Positions 37,492-45,939 of a stretch of DNA of 64,000 bases are shown in pieces. The position numbers were made by a program, and so were the translations under genes. The stretch lies in the NCBI GenBank assembly GCA_965222075.1, contig OZ244937.1, forward strand, positions 4,672,001-4,736,000, written 5' to 3'. Positions within the stretch are counted from its first letter, which is position 1; the number at the start of each line of letters is the position of its first letter. Below the pieces are notes generated by a model. It searched no databases, was not told the origin of the DNA, and saw only the letters and a program-made list of their open reading frames with translations. The DNA comes from Candidatus Latescibacterota bacterium (lineage in GTDB: Bacteria > Latescibacterota > UBA2968 > GCA-2709665).

Positions 37492-39168
37492 ATGCCCACC
37501 ATCACCGTCATCAAAAGCGACCTGGAACGCCTGGCCGGGCAGTCTTACACCCTCTCCGAACTCGAAGAGGCCCTGGAAACCGCAAAGGCCGAGGTCAAAG
37601 TGGAGGACGAAGACCGGCTCCGGGTGCAGCTCAAAGACACCAATCGGCCCGACCTCTGGTCTTCCGAAGGCCTGGCCCGGCTCCTGAAGGGCTGCCGTGA
37701 GGGCCGACACGACCCCTACCCCTTCTTTGGCGCGGACGAAGCCAGCGGCGAAGTCCACGTCGACCCCGCCCTCAGAGGCATCCGTCCCTACATCGCCGCA
37801 TTTACCTGTCGGGACATCCGGGTGGACGGAGCCGCGCTGGAGCAGCTCATCGAAGCCCAGGAGAAACTGGCCGACAACTACGGCAGGGGCCGCAGTGCCG
37901 TGGCCATCGGCATCTACGACGCCTCCGACATCCTCTTTCCGGTCCGCTACGACGCGGTCGATCCCACGACGACCCGCTTTGTCCCCCTCGAAAGCGATGT
38001 GGAAATGGACCTGAACCGGATTCTTCGCGAACATCCCACCGGAAAGACCTACGCCCACCTCTTAAGCGGCTTCGAAAAATTCCCCCTCATTCGAGACAGC
38101 CGGGGTGAAGTCCTCTCTATGCCCCCCATCATCAACAGCCAGTCCCTCGGCCGCGTGGAAGTGGGCGACACCTTCCTCTTCTGCGAGGCCACCGGCACCC
38201 GGCTCGACACCATCCTGCTCGCCACCGCCATCATGGCCGCCAACATGGCCGACCGGGGTGGCGTCATCGGCCCCGTCGCTGTTCAATACCCCTACGACAC
38301 CCCCCGGGGCCGCAAGGTCCGCTGCCCGGTTGATCTCACCGAACCGGTTGAGGTCGACCTTTCTGACATCCATAAAATCGCGGGCGTCGAACTGGATCCC
38401 AACCGCATCGCCGACGCCCTCCGCGCCATGGGATACCGCGAGGTCACCCTGAAAAGGGAAAAGGTCCACGCGAGGCCCGCGCCTTACCGGGACGACATCC
38501 TCCACGCGGTGGACCTGGCAGAAGACGTGGTGGTCTGCATCGGCTACGACGCCTTTGAACCCGAAATGCCGCGCGACTTCACCATCGGCAAGGCCGCGCC
38601 CGAAGAGGACCTGTCCGACCGCATCCGCAACCTGATGGTTGGCTGCGGATTCCAGGAAGCCTTCCTTCCCATCCTCAGTTCCCACAACGATCTCACCGCC
38701 CGCATGCGCAATCCCGACGCGCCCATCCTGGAAATCGAAAATCCGATGTCGGAATACTACAGCGCCGTAAGATACTCCCTCCTGCCCGGCCTGCTCCATA
38801 TAGAGGGCGTCAGCCGGCGGGCCATCTACCCCCACCGGGTTTTCGAAGTTGGCGAAGTCGCCGTTCTCGCCCCGGAAGAAAACTACGGCTCCCGTACCCA
38901 AATCCACTTAGCCGCCCTGGAGGCAAACGCAGAGGCCAACCTCTCCGGTATCCAGAGTTCCCTGGAGGCCGTCGCCTACTACCTGGATGTCGACTACACC
39001 CTCACCCCGGCCGAGCACCCCACCTTCCTGCCCGGCCGGGCCGGCGAAATCCGCAAAAACGGCCGGGCCTTCGGCGTCATCGGCGAAATCCACCCCGAAG
39101 TCCTGGAAACCTGGGGCATCGCCGTGCCCGTCAGCGCCTTCGAGGTCAACATCGACATCGCGGAATAA
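37492..39168 (+). CDS. pheT: Phenylalanine-tRNA ligase beta subunit, archaeal type
   Basis: 558 aa; MPTITV start, NRPDLWSSEGLAR, LSMPPIINS, YRDDILHAVDLAED. Lacks the bacterial tRNA-binding OB insert and C-terminal FDX-ACB. Confidence 0.92.
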   Translation: MPTITVIKSDLERLAGQSYTLSELEEALETAKAEVKVEDEDRLRVQLKDTNRPDLWSSEGLARLLKGCREGRHDPYPFFGADEASGEVHVDPALRGIRPYIAAFTCRDIRVDGAALEQLIEAQEKLADNYGRGRSAVAIGIYDASDILFPVRYDAVDPTTTRFVPLESDVEMDLNRILREHPTGKTYAHLLSGFEKFPLIRDSRGEVLSMPPIINSQSLGRVEVGDTFLFCEATGTRLDTILLATAIMAANMADRGGVIGPVAVQYPYDTPRGRKVRCPVDLTEPVEVDLSDIHKIAGVELDPNRIADALRAMGYREVTLKREKVHARPAPYRDDILHAVDLAEDVVVCIGYDAFEPEMPRDFTIGKAAPEEDLSDRIRNLMVGCGFQEAFLPILSSHNDLTARMRNPDAPILEIENPMSEYYSAVRYSLLPGLLHIEGVSRRAIYPHRVFEVGEVAVLAPEENYGSRTQIHLAALEANAEANLSGIQSSLEAVAYYLDVDYTLTPAEHPTFLPGRAGEIRKNGRAFGVIGEIHPEVLETWGIAVPVSAFEVNIDIAE

Positions 39169-39221
39169 GTTATGGGAGAGCGAATAGGGAAGGAAAAGCT
39201 GGCGGTGAATCGGTAAGCCAT

Positions 39222-39341
39222 TCAGGGCAGGTGTTCCAGGTCGTCCAGATCTTTATATCCACCAATCAGCAGGTACTCAACACCCCGGGCGTTGAGCAAT
39301 CTCAAGAACTCTTTGAAGTCGGGCGGTAGCTTTAGGTCCAT
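39222..39341 (-). pseudogene. Nucleotidyltransferase gene with a large in-frame internal deletion
   Basis: MDLKLPPDFKEFLRLLNARGVEYLLIGGY|KDLDDLEHLP*: the family N-terminus is joined directly to the family C-terminus. Confidence 0.7.
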
Positions 39342-39492
39342 AGTTTATCCGGCGTAAGGCCTCGATATGGCGCAGGCGTTCTTGAGGAGTTCGCGCAAGC
39401 CAGTAGACTTTTTCGTCTGAGTTATCAAAGAGAGGCGCAATCGAAAAGGCCGTCTTATCTATTTTGAGAGCCGATGAAGAGGTTGGGAGCAT
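39277..39492 (-). CDS. Small protein typically paired upstream of such nucleotidyltransferases (TA-like partner)
   Basis: IDKTAFS...YWLARTPQERL..IE.LR.INYG...RLQRVLE; overlaps the NTase start. Confidence 0.6.
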   Translation of the reverse strand: MLPTSSSALKIDKTAFSIAPLFDNSDEKVYWLARTPQERLRHIEALRRINYGPKATARLQRVLEIAQRPGC

Positions 39493-39613
39493 TTGGTCAC
39501 CTTCCTGTAATATTCGGTCCTCCGGATTGCCGTGAAATTTTCCGTAAAATGGAGTCAGCACCCGATTTTTAGAGGTCTTTTTTTTTAGAGCGTTCGAGAA
39601 GATTTTTGGAAGA

Positions 39614-39973
39614 CTATCTGTAAGAAATGCCCAGTCGGACCGCGGCCGCTTTTAATTTCCTGTCTGAAGTCCATAAGAATATGTTCGACAATCGGGCAGA
39701 AGCCAGAAGGTGTACATCGATCAGTCCGATGCCGACGCCTGTTAATCCGTTGTGTTCAATGAAATACAAGATTTCCTGCTGGTCCGCCGTAGAAGCCTGC
39801 GGAAGCGCCTGAAGTAAAGAGAGAAATTCCTGTCTGTTGCGGATGTTTCCGCAGGCCAGTTCACCGACGATAAAAGGATGGCACACCACTTCCGCTTCTT
39901 GCAGCAACGCCCGAAAGTGGGTGTTTCCCTCTCTGAGGTAGGAGACCCATATTGACGTGTCAACAAGGACCAT
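39614..39973 (-). CDS. vapC: PIN-domain toxin
   Basis: VLVDTSIWV, HPFIVGELACG, DVHLLASA, LWTSDRKL. Confidence 0.9.
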   Translation of the reverse strand: MVLVDTSIWVSYLREGNTHFRALLQEAEVVCHPFIVGELACGNIRNRQEFLSLLQALPQASTADQQEILYFIEHNGLTGVGIGLIDVHLLASARLSNIFLWTSDRKLKAAAVRLGISYR

Positions 39974-39975
39974 GA

Positions 39976-40173
39976 CTATCCGACTCTGGACCGTCGCCTC
40001 GGGACAGGTCGGAGCCTTTTTTCCTGGCCTTCAAGCTCTGCGAGTCTTTTGCTGCTTTCGCGGGCAATCAAAGCTTCAAGGCCAAGCCTGACCAGGGCGG
40101 TTTTCTCGTTGATACCGGTCAAACTGGATGCTTTGTGCAGCAGGGCATCATCTATATTCAGTGTTGTTCTCAT
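39976..40173 (-). CDS. vapB: VapB antitoxin
   Basis: MRTTLNIDDALL...KTALVRLGLEALI, directly upstream of vapC. Confidence 0.88.
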   Translation of the reverse strand: MRTTLNIDDALLHKASSLTGINEKTALVRLGLEALIARESSKRLAELEGQEKRLRPVPRRRSRVG

Positions 40174-40180
40174 ATGTATC

Positions 40181-40209
40181 AATATGCATTGATTATGCAT
40201 ATTTGTCAA
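40181..40209 (-). promoter_or_regulatory. vapBC promoter/operator
   Basis: Minus-strand TTGACA at 40209-40204; palindrome AATATGCAT-N5-ATGCATATT at 40181-40203. Confidence 0.6.
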
Positions 40210-40385
40210 GAGGTATTTCGTGTTTGTAAAAGAGACCCTCCGCATCTTGCGGAGGGTCGCAGTATGATACCGCCTATTGGACTCTCAGGTCAACCAACTA
40301 CTGATAATCCGGGAAGGACATAGGAAAGCCTACAGGCAAAGATCGGGGTGTCCACTCTTATACCTTACCGCCTCGCTAACAGGCT

Positions 40386-41387
40386 TCAGGTGACCGCGGC
40401 TTCATCTATGGAAAAAATCTGTTCAGAGTCGAGGGTCGCTCTGACACCGTTTGGCAGGATTATTTGAGGGCTTGTATGTCCGAGATCTACTCCTGTAAGG
40501 ATGGGAAAATCAAATGCCGATGTATAATAATCTATCAGTTCTTGAAGTAGCGCTTCCTGGATTTCAGACAGATTGTTGATTTTTCCGATAATCAGACCGG
40601 AGATCTCCTTGAAAAGACCCACTTGCTGGCATTGCGCAAGGGCCTCCTCGATATACATAAGAACCGTGTTTCCTGTGTTGACCTCTTCGAGATAAAGAAT
40701 CTTACCCTGAAATGAAGGCCAAAACCGCGTACCCGCCAATGTAAGCAACGTGTGGAGATTTCCACCTACGAGGGGACCCTCAACTTTGCCGTCTCTGAAC
40801 CAATGCCAGCCGGAATGCCCCTTCATCTTACGGGGACTGATTTCACTGGGAATGTCATCCGTCCAGGCACCGGGGGGGTTCAATGGACCCGGAGCAGCAG
40901 GGGTAAACAGGATGTCCTTAATCTTCCGAAGCGTATAACTCAACGGTTCCGGAAACTCGCTGAGCCCATCGATGATTGTCGGACCGTGGAACGTAGCGAG
41001 ATTAAGACGCGAGTGGATACCCATCAGCAGGGCCGTATTCGCACTGTATCCCATCACAATCTTGGGGGAACGTTCGATCAAATTCCAGTCGAGAAGGGGA
41101 AGGAGCGTATTTGTACCTGATCCTCCCGACAAACAAAAAATCGCTTTGATTTCTGGGTCGGCAAATAGGGTATTCAGATCATTGGCGCGTTGTTGAGGGG
41201 GAGGATTCAAATACTCGCGTTCTTGGAGCGCATGACTTGCCAACTGAACTTTCAAGCCGAGACTTTCCAGAGCGGCCCGTGCGCGGGAGAGCCCATTTTT
41301 TTGATGAAGATGAAAAGATGCCGCGGGCGAGGCAATACCCACGGTATCACCCGGTTTCAATCTCCGCGGCTTGATCGTATCACTCAT
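40386..41387 (-). CDS. S66 peptidase (LD-carboxypeptidase / MccF-like)
   Basis: LKPGDTVGIASP, GYSAN nucleophile motif, LYLEE, DLGHT. Confidence 0.85.
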   Translation of the reverse strand: MSDTIKPRRLKPGDTVGIASPAASFHLHQKNGLSRARAALESLGLKVQLASHALQEREYLNPPPQQRANDLNTLFADPEIKAIFCLSGGSGTNTLLPLLDWNLIERSPKIVMGYSANTALLMGIHSRLNLATFHGPTIIDGLSEFPEPLSYTLRKIKDILFTPAAPGPLNPPGAWTDDIPSEISPRKMKGHSGWHWFRDGKVEGPLVGGNLHTLLTLAGTRFWPSFQGKILYLEEVNTGNTVLMYIEEALAQCQQVGLFKEISGLIIGKINNLSEIQEALLQELIDYYTSAFDFPILTGVDLGHTSPQIILPNGVRATLDSEQIFSIDEAAVT

Positions 41388-41405
41388 GATCTCTCATATC
41401 TGTTT

Positions 41406-41553
41406 CAATACTGTGAACAGTTTTTGTAACTTATTGTTTTCTATAAATTTATGAAATTTGTAATCAAAATGGATAACCTATTGATTTTTAAAGACTTAGG
41501 AAAGCAATGTTTCCCGAATTAGGCCGAAATTGTAAAAAGTGTCCGAACTATTG
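41406..41553. mobile_element. AT-rich MITE-like remnant
   Basis: Imperfect 24-bp terminal inverted repeats (17/24) and two internal TAACYTATTGWTTT direct repeats. Confidence 0.35.
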
Positions 41554-41581
41554 TGTTTAAAACCGGCCTTGAATCGGTTTC

Positions 41582-41636
41582 TTATTTCAAAGATATGATC
41601 TCTTGTTGGGATGGACTGAGCCGGTCGGCAAAGCCG
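41582..41636 (-). repeat. 55-bp duplicate of the phyH-like gene 3' end (att-like)
   Basis: 52/55 identical to 44805-44859; both encode GFADRLSPSQQEIISLK*. Confidence 0.9.
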
Positions 41637-41734
41637 TAATTCCTTTCCTCGGATAGACGATGACCTTAATTGCTTGAAACCTTTTTACAGAAATCTTAAT
41701 CAAAGTCGGCAGGTTTAGACTGGGTAAATGGAAA

Positions 41735-42580
41735 CTAAATGACCAGGTCAAAGGGTAAATCGGCTATGTCGCGGAGGCGATTACCTGCCACCATTGTTTC
41801 CAAAGACTCTTGCACAGCTTCGTTTTGACTGTCCGTGGCGACCTGCATAAGTTCATTGAGGCCAAAATGGTAGACACAGTCAATATCACCAGTCCCTAAT
41901 GCCAGAGATGCAATCCGTGTCGGCATCGGTTCGGCTGTTACCACCGCGATATGTGGTGTGTGCCCTTTGCGGTTCCGGATTAAGTTCAAGCCTTCCGTAC
42001 GGGCATTCTGTGACCGATCACTGCGGAGTGTCAATTTGCATGAAATACTGGCATGTAATATCGGAGTAGGGGTCTGATGATGCGTCTGACGTAACGGCGT
42101 TAAGTGCGGTATACCTGTCTGATCTACAATCACATTATGCTGGTTGATCGTCTCGTCAGCAACAGGTATACGCGCAACGATGACATCCGGTTTGACTACA
42201 TAATCCCCCAGCGCTGTATGAACGTCCTTATTTTTCTGGACCAATTTGTTCAGCGTGGCTAAATGCCGATATTGGACAAATTCCGATATATCGCTATGGA
42301 CGGAGTAGAGCCAGTCGGCCGGACGCAGATGGGCAAGGACCTTCATGGCCGATTGAACATAATCTCTGACGGCTGTTTCGAACTTGCTGCCAGCGGTCTG
42401 ACCGCTGATTCGGCCAGTGCTAACGGGATAACCGAACACCTCAATGATCCCACGCGCCAACGAGCAACTGAGTCTGCTACTGGTATCGGCAATGCTGGGA
42501 ATCCGACCACGCTTCAAAAATATCGCCTCCAGACAGACTTCCCGTTGAAATTGCTCACGTAGTTTTACGATTTCAGCCAT
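41735..42580 (-). CDS. Type II restriction endonuclease, NgoMIV family
   Basis: PDVIV...HASISCKLTLRSDRSQNARTE; EPMPTRIASLALGTGDIDCVYH. Confidence 0.88.
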   Translation of the reverse strand: MAEIVKLREQFQREVCLEAIFLKRGRIPSIADTSSRLSCSLARGIIEVFGYPVSTGRISGQTAGSKFETAVRDYVQSAMKVLAHLRPADWLYSVHSDISEFVQYRHLATLNKLVQKNKDVHTALGDYVVKPDVIVARIPVADETINQHNVIVDQTGIPHLTPLRQTHHQTPTPILHASISCKLTLRSDRSQNARTEGLNLIRNRKGHTPHIAVVTAEPMPTRIASLALGTGDIDCVYHFGLNELMQVATDSQNEAVQESLETMVAGNRLRDIADLPFDLVI

Positions 42581-44082
42581 CAGATTTCAACTTTCCTGCC
42601 TGCGCCTGCCTGCGTCCCTCGGACAGGCAGGCCGATGCTTGCTCGGCAGGCAGGTGTGGGTTTGATGTAGCCGATGACATACTCTTGATGCATACGCTGT
42701 TGAATCTGAGAAGACTGATTGAGCGTAGCGCCAGCCGGGAGCATGCGACGGTTTCTGTCCAAATTTCTGATCCCGATAGCGGGAACCTCAAACCCTATCG
42801 CGCGTCCGATGTCGGCTAAACAATGACCCGTTTCGGTATCGCGCCCGCGCATGATGGAACTCCCTACGACTACAATTGCGGCCTTCCCGGGCTTGAGGAC
42901 ACGATGTATCTCACGCAGCACACGGGTCATCTCTGAGTAATACCGGTGTAACACTTTCCCTTTCTTGGCATCGTGCTGAGCGACTTTCTCTACAACTTGA
43001 AGGGTATCAGAAGGCAGGTCGTCGAAAACCATGCCAGCGGTTGATTCGCCACCAATCGTTCGGCTGCGTCTTTGGCCAAGATCATCCACCGAAAACCCCA
43101 TCCAGACCAGAGAAAATTTGTGGGCGCGCATGTAGTCAATCGCATTGGACGCATACGGCGGGGAGGTGACAATCAAATCGACACAATCGTCGGATAAAGG
43201 TAATCTCTGCGCATCGCCATGCTCAATAACGGGTCGTAGATGATCAGGCTCCAGGTCTGGTAGATTGGCAAGATTTCTCTGAAACCGGTGGTAAAATTCG
43301 TCAAATGCCGATCGTAGCTTCTTCGATATGAATTGGAGTCGAGAGCGCTGCTGATGTAATTGTTCTTTGCCCCACAGAAGATCACCTTTCATATTGTACA
43401 CAACCTTCGCTTGATGCGGTCGGGTGTGGGCTAAATCGAGTGCCAGGGAAACACCCCCTGACTTCGTGATGATAATCGCGGAGAATACGACCTCGAAAAA
43501 TGCCACGAGAGCTTCGACTGAACTCAGTCGAACGTCAGATTCACCCGGGATTCGACGAATCTCTCTCATGAGTGCGCACAGATCGCTCTGAGTCTCTTTC
43601 TCAAACCAATACTCGACAAACCTGGAGGTATTGACATCCCAATCTTGATGATATTCCTCTCTTAGTAGACGACGTTGATCAGGAGACAGCAGGGGCGCTC
43701 TGTTAAGTATCGCATTACCTATTTCCAGGACTTTCCGCTTATCGATCGGTGTCGTCTTTGCCTTCGCGATCCGAACAGCCAGGGGGTCCGTGTCGAAACC
43801 GATAGGCTGACGTTTTGCCAATAATGCTTCGACCAGTGTCGTGCCGGACCCCATCATAGGATCAAGCACCGCATCCCCAGGTTCGGTTAACGCGGCGATG
43901 AATTTCTGGGGCAGTTGAGGCGGATATTTGGCTGGAAATGCATGAAATTGATGCGACGCATAATTGCTGTTGGCCGAATGGAAATCGAGATCATCGGCCA
44001 GCAGCGCGATGAGTTTTTCACGGATCGTGCCGGGCATGATGGCTGGCGCTCTGGGAAATAGAGAAAGCTGTGTGGGTTGCAT
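42580..44082 (-). CDS. DNA methyltransferase, N4-cytosine type (motif I before SPPY)
   Basis: HAFPAKYPPQL, VLDPMMGSGT, DLIVTSPPY; stop overlaps the REase start. Confidence 0.85.
   Translation of the reverse strand: MQPTQLSLFPRAPAIMPGTIREKLIALLADDLDFHSANSNYASHQFHAFPAKYPPQLPQKFIAALTEPGDAVLDPMMGSGTTLVEALLAKRQPIGFDTDPLAVRIAKAKTTPIDKRKVLEIGNAILNRAPLLSPDQRRLLREEYHQDWDVNTSRFVEYWFEKETQSDLCALMREIRRIPGESDVRLSSVEALVAFFEVVFSAIIITKSGGVSLALDLAHTRPHQAKVVYNMKGDLLWGKEQLHQQRSRLQFISKKLRSAFDEFYHRFQRNLANLPDLEPDHLRPVIEHGDAQRLPLSDDCVDLIVTSPPYASNAIDYMRAHKFSLVWMGFSVDDLGQRRSRTIGGESTAGMVFDDLPSDTLQVVEKVAQHDAKKGKVLHRYYSEMTRVLREIHRVLKPGKAAIVVVGSSIMRGRDTETGHCLADIGRAIGFEVPAIGIRNLDRNRRMLPAGATLNQSSQIQQRMHQEYVIGYIKPTPACRASIGLPVRGTQAGAGRKVEI
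42595..42654. repeat. Nested CCTGCCTG...CAGGCAGG palindromic repeats inside the MTase 3' end
   Basis: 27-bp unit (42605-42631) inside a 33-bp unit; 60 bp total, in frame. Confidence 0.75.
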
Positions 44083-44095
44083 AACCGAAATCTCC

Positions 44096-44191
44096 CTAAT
44101 CCTTCAGGGTACTGCGTGACCTGTCTGCCGTGCGACGACAGGCAGGGATGACGATCCGTCGCGCCTCGGAGGTACCCTCGTAGATCTGCAG
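44096..44191 (-). pseudogene. Acyl-CoA dehydrogenase C-terminal fragment interrupted by a 27-bp palindromic repeat
   Basis: LQIYEGTSEARRIVI-[44146-44120 repeat]-SRSTLKD* matches the ACAD IYEGTSE...I.R C-terminus. Confidence 0.7.
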
Positions 44192-44213
44192 GCTTCACCC
44201 TGGGAACGCCTAA

Positions 44214-44564
44214 CTACCACTGCCTGATGATCACGCAGACGGTCGTCTTGTCCAGCAGGGCGAACTCCTTAGCCCCCCACGGTTTCTGACTGATCCCCTT
44301 GCTGTTTGGGTGAAGCATATCCGGCTTCCGGCTTGTCACCTCAGCATAGAACCCGTCGATATCGTCCGTCTCGATCCCGATCTCGGGTCGATCCTTTGCC
44401 GCAAACTCGGCATCCTCAACCAGGACCGCTTTGCATCCCTCCCGTTCCACCACCGCCAGCTTCCCGTCGTTATGACCGACCGTGAAACCGAGACAATCCA
44501 CAAAAAGCTCCAGTCCGTCCGCCATATTCTCGTAGAAGACCTTCGGAACCAGCCTGGTCAACAC
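44214..44564 (-). CDS. VOC/glyoxalase/bleomycin-resistance family protein
   Basis: FVDCLGF, IETDDIDGFY, KPWGAKEFALLD; AGGAGG RBS before GTG 44564. Confidence 0.8.
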   Translation of the reverse strand: MLTRLVPKVFYENMADGLELFVDCLGFTVGHNDGKLAVVEREGCKAVLVEDAEFAAKDRPEIGIETDDIDGFYAEVTSRKPDMLHPNSKGISQKPWGAKEFALLDKTTVCVIIRQW

Positions 44565-44804
44565 GGTTGCCTCCTTTCCCGTAACTGGCAATTTGCATCG
44601 CCGACGGGTTGGCGTTCCCAATTGGGACCTCCGGGTTTCCTCCCGCCTTTACGATCTGTTCTGTGATCTCAATGCGCTGGGCATCACGTGGCGCGCTCAC
44701 CATTTGTCGAAGATGGTGCAGGTGCCATCCATACGTCAATATAGTCGTACCCGCGGTGAAATTTGTTCACTATGCAAGACCGGATCGTACCTGCGGTGCG
44801 TTTT

Positions 44805-45548
44805 TTATTTCAGGGATATGATCTCCTGTTGGGATGGACTGAGCCGGTCGGCAAAGCCGGGGCTGAAACGCAGGTGCTGCCCGCCCCAATCGGGCATGTA
44901 GCCGATGCTGTAGCAATAGTAGAGGGTGCGGCGCGGTCGTCCGGAGACGTTCACCGTGGAGCCGTGGGTGAGCGCTTCGGTGAACAGGATGACGTCGCCG
45001 GCGCGCGCGGGCACCGCCCGCAGCGGGGGATTTTCATCGGGATGGCTGCCCCAGGGTTTGACGAAATTGCTCTTGTGCGCCCCGGGGATCACTGCGAAGC
45101 AGCCGTCGTCGGGCCCGCAATCGAGCATAGGGAAAACCGCCTTGGTCAGCGTCGACACCATCTGGCCGTTGCGGCAGTGATACTGGCACTTGGGGATGAT
45201 CGGGGTGCCGTGCATGTGCATCCCGGTATAGCCGCCGCCCCAACGATAAATGGTATAGGTGTGGTTGAGACGAAACGGCCCGCCAGTGACACATTCGACG
45301 ACATCGAGTAATTCGGGCAGTTCCATTAACGGCAGCAAGGCGTCGTCGCCCTCGATGATGTTGGAGATGTAGAGGTTCTCCGGCGTGCGCTCCTGGCCCA
45401 ATACCAGTGGCGCCGGATAGTCGCCGGGGTGCATTGTCTCGAAGCGATCCAGCACGGCATTACAGGCTGTGATCAACGCCGGCGGTACGATCTGCTCCAG
45501 GACGACATAGCCCTGCAGATCAAAAAGATATTTCTGTTCCTGGTTCAT
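44805..45548 (-). CDS. Phytanoyl-CoA dioxygenase (PhyH) family Fe/2OG oxygenase
   Basis: FDLQGYVVL, GCFAVIPGAHKS, AGDVILFTEALTHG, RRTLYYCY. Confidence 0.85.
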   Translation of the reverse strand: MNQEQKYLFDLQGYVVLEQIVPPALITACNAVLDRFETMHPGDYPAPLVLGQERTPENLYISNIIEGDDALLPLMELPELLDVVECVTGGPFRLNHTYTIYRWGGGYTGMHMHGTPIIPKCQYHCRNGQMVSTLTKAVFPMLDCGPDDGCFAVIPGAHKSNFVKPWGSHPDENPPLRAVPARAGDVILFTEALTHGSTVNVSGRPRRTLYYCYSIGYMPDWGGQHLRFSPGFADRLSPSQQEIISLK

Positions 45549-45641
45549 CTCGCCTCCCTGTTGCGCACGCGCACGACGATCCTGTGGACGGTATGTTCTG
45601 GGTTATCTTTATTTTACAGGAGGTGTCCGAGGGAAGATGGT

Positions 45642-45917
45642 GTGAATTTCAGCAACATCTGTAGACGGCACACAACAGGTCCGGGTCGCCGGTGGGATAA
45701 GCTCCTGAAAAACGTACCCGGGTTGAAGCCCGGTGAACTCTGGAGCATCTGGCGCAAATTGCGCACCCAGCGCAAAGGGGTGATTCCCGGGATGGACCCC
45801 GTATCGAACCTCATCCCCCTGGCACCCGAATCGCGGGAGGAATGGCTGGCCGCTCAACCAAAGCCCCCGGTGGTCAAACCAATGCGAGCGACCCATTTGG
45901 CAGGATTGTCCGCATGA
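45642..45917 (+). CDS. Possible small hypothetical protein
   Basis: Open frame from GTG 45642 filling the intergenic gap; no motif recognised. Confidence 0.3.
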   Translation: MNFSNICRRHTTGPGRRWDKLLKNVPGLKPGELWSIWRKLRTQRKGVIPGMDPVSNLIPLAPESREEWLAAQPKPPVVKPMRATHLAGLSA

Positions 45918-45939
45918 TGATTTCCAGACCGTAAGTGGC

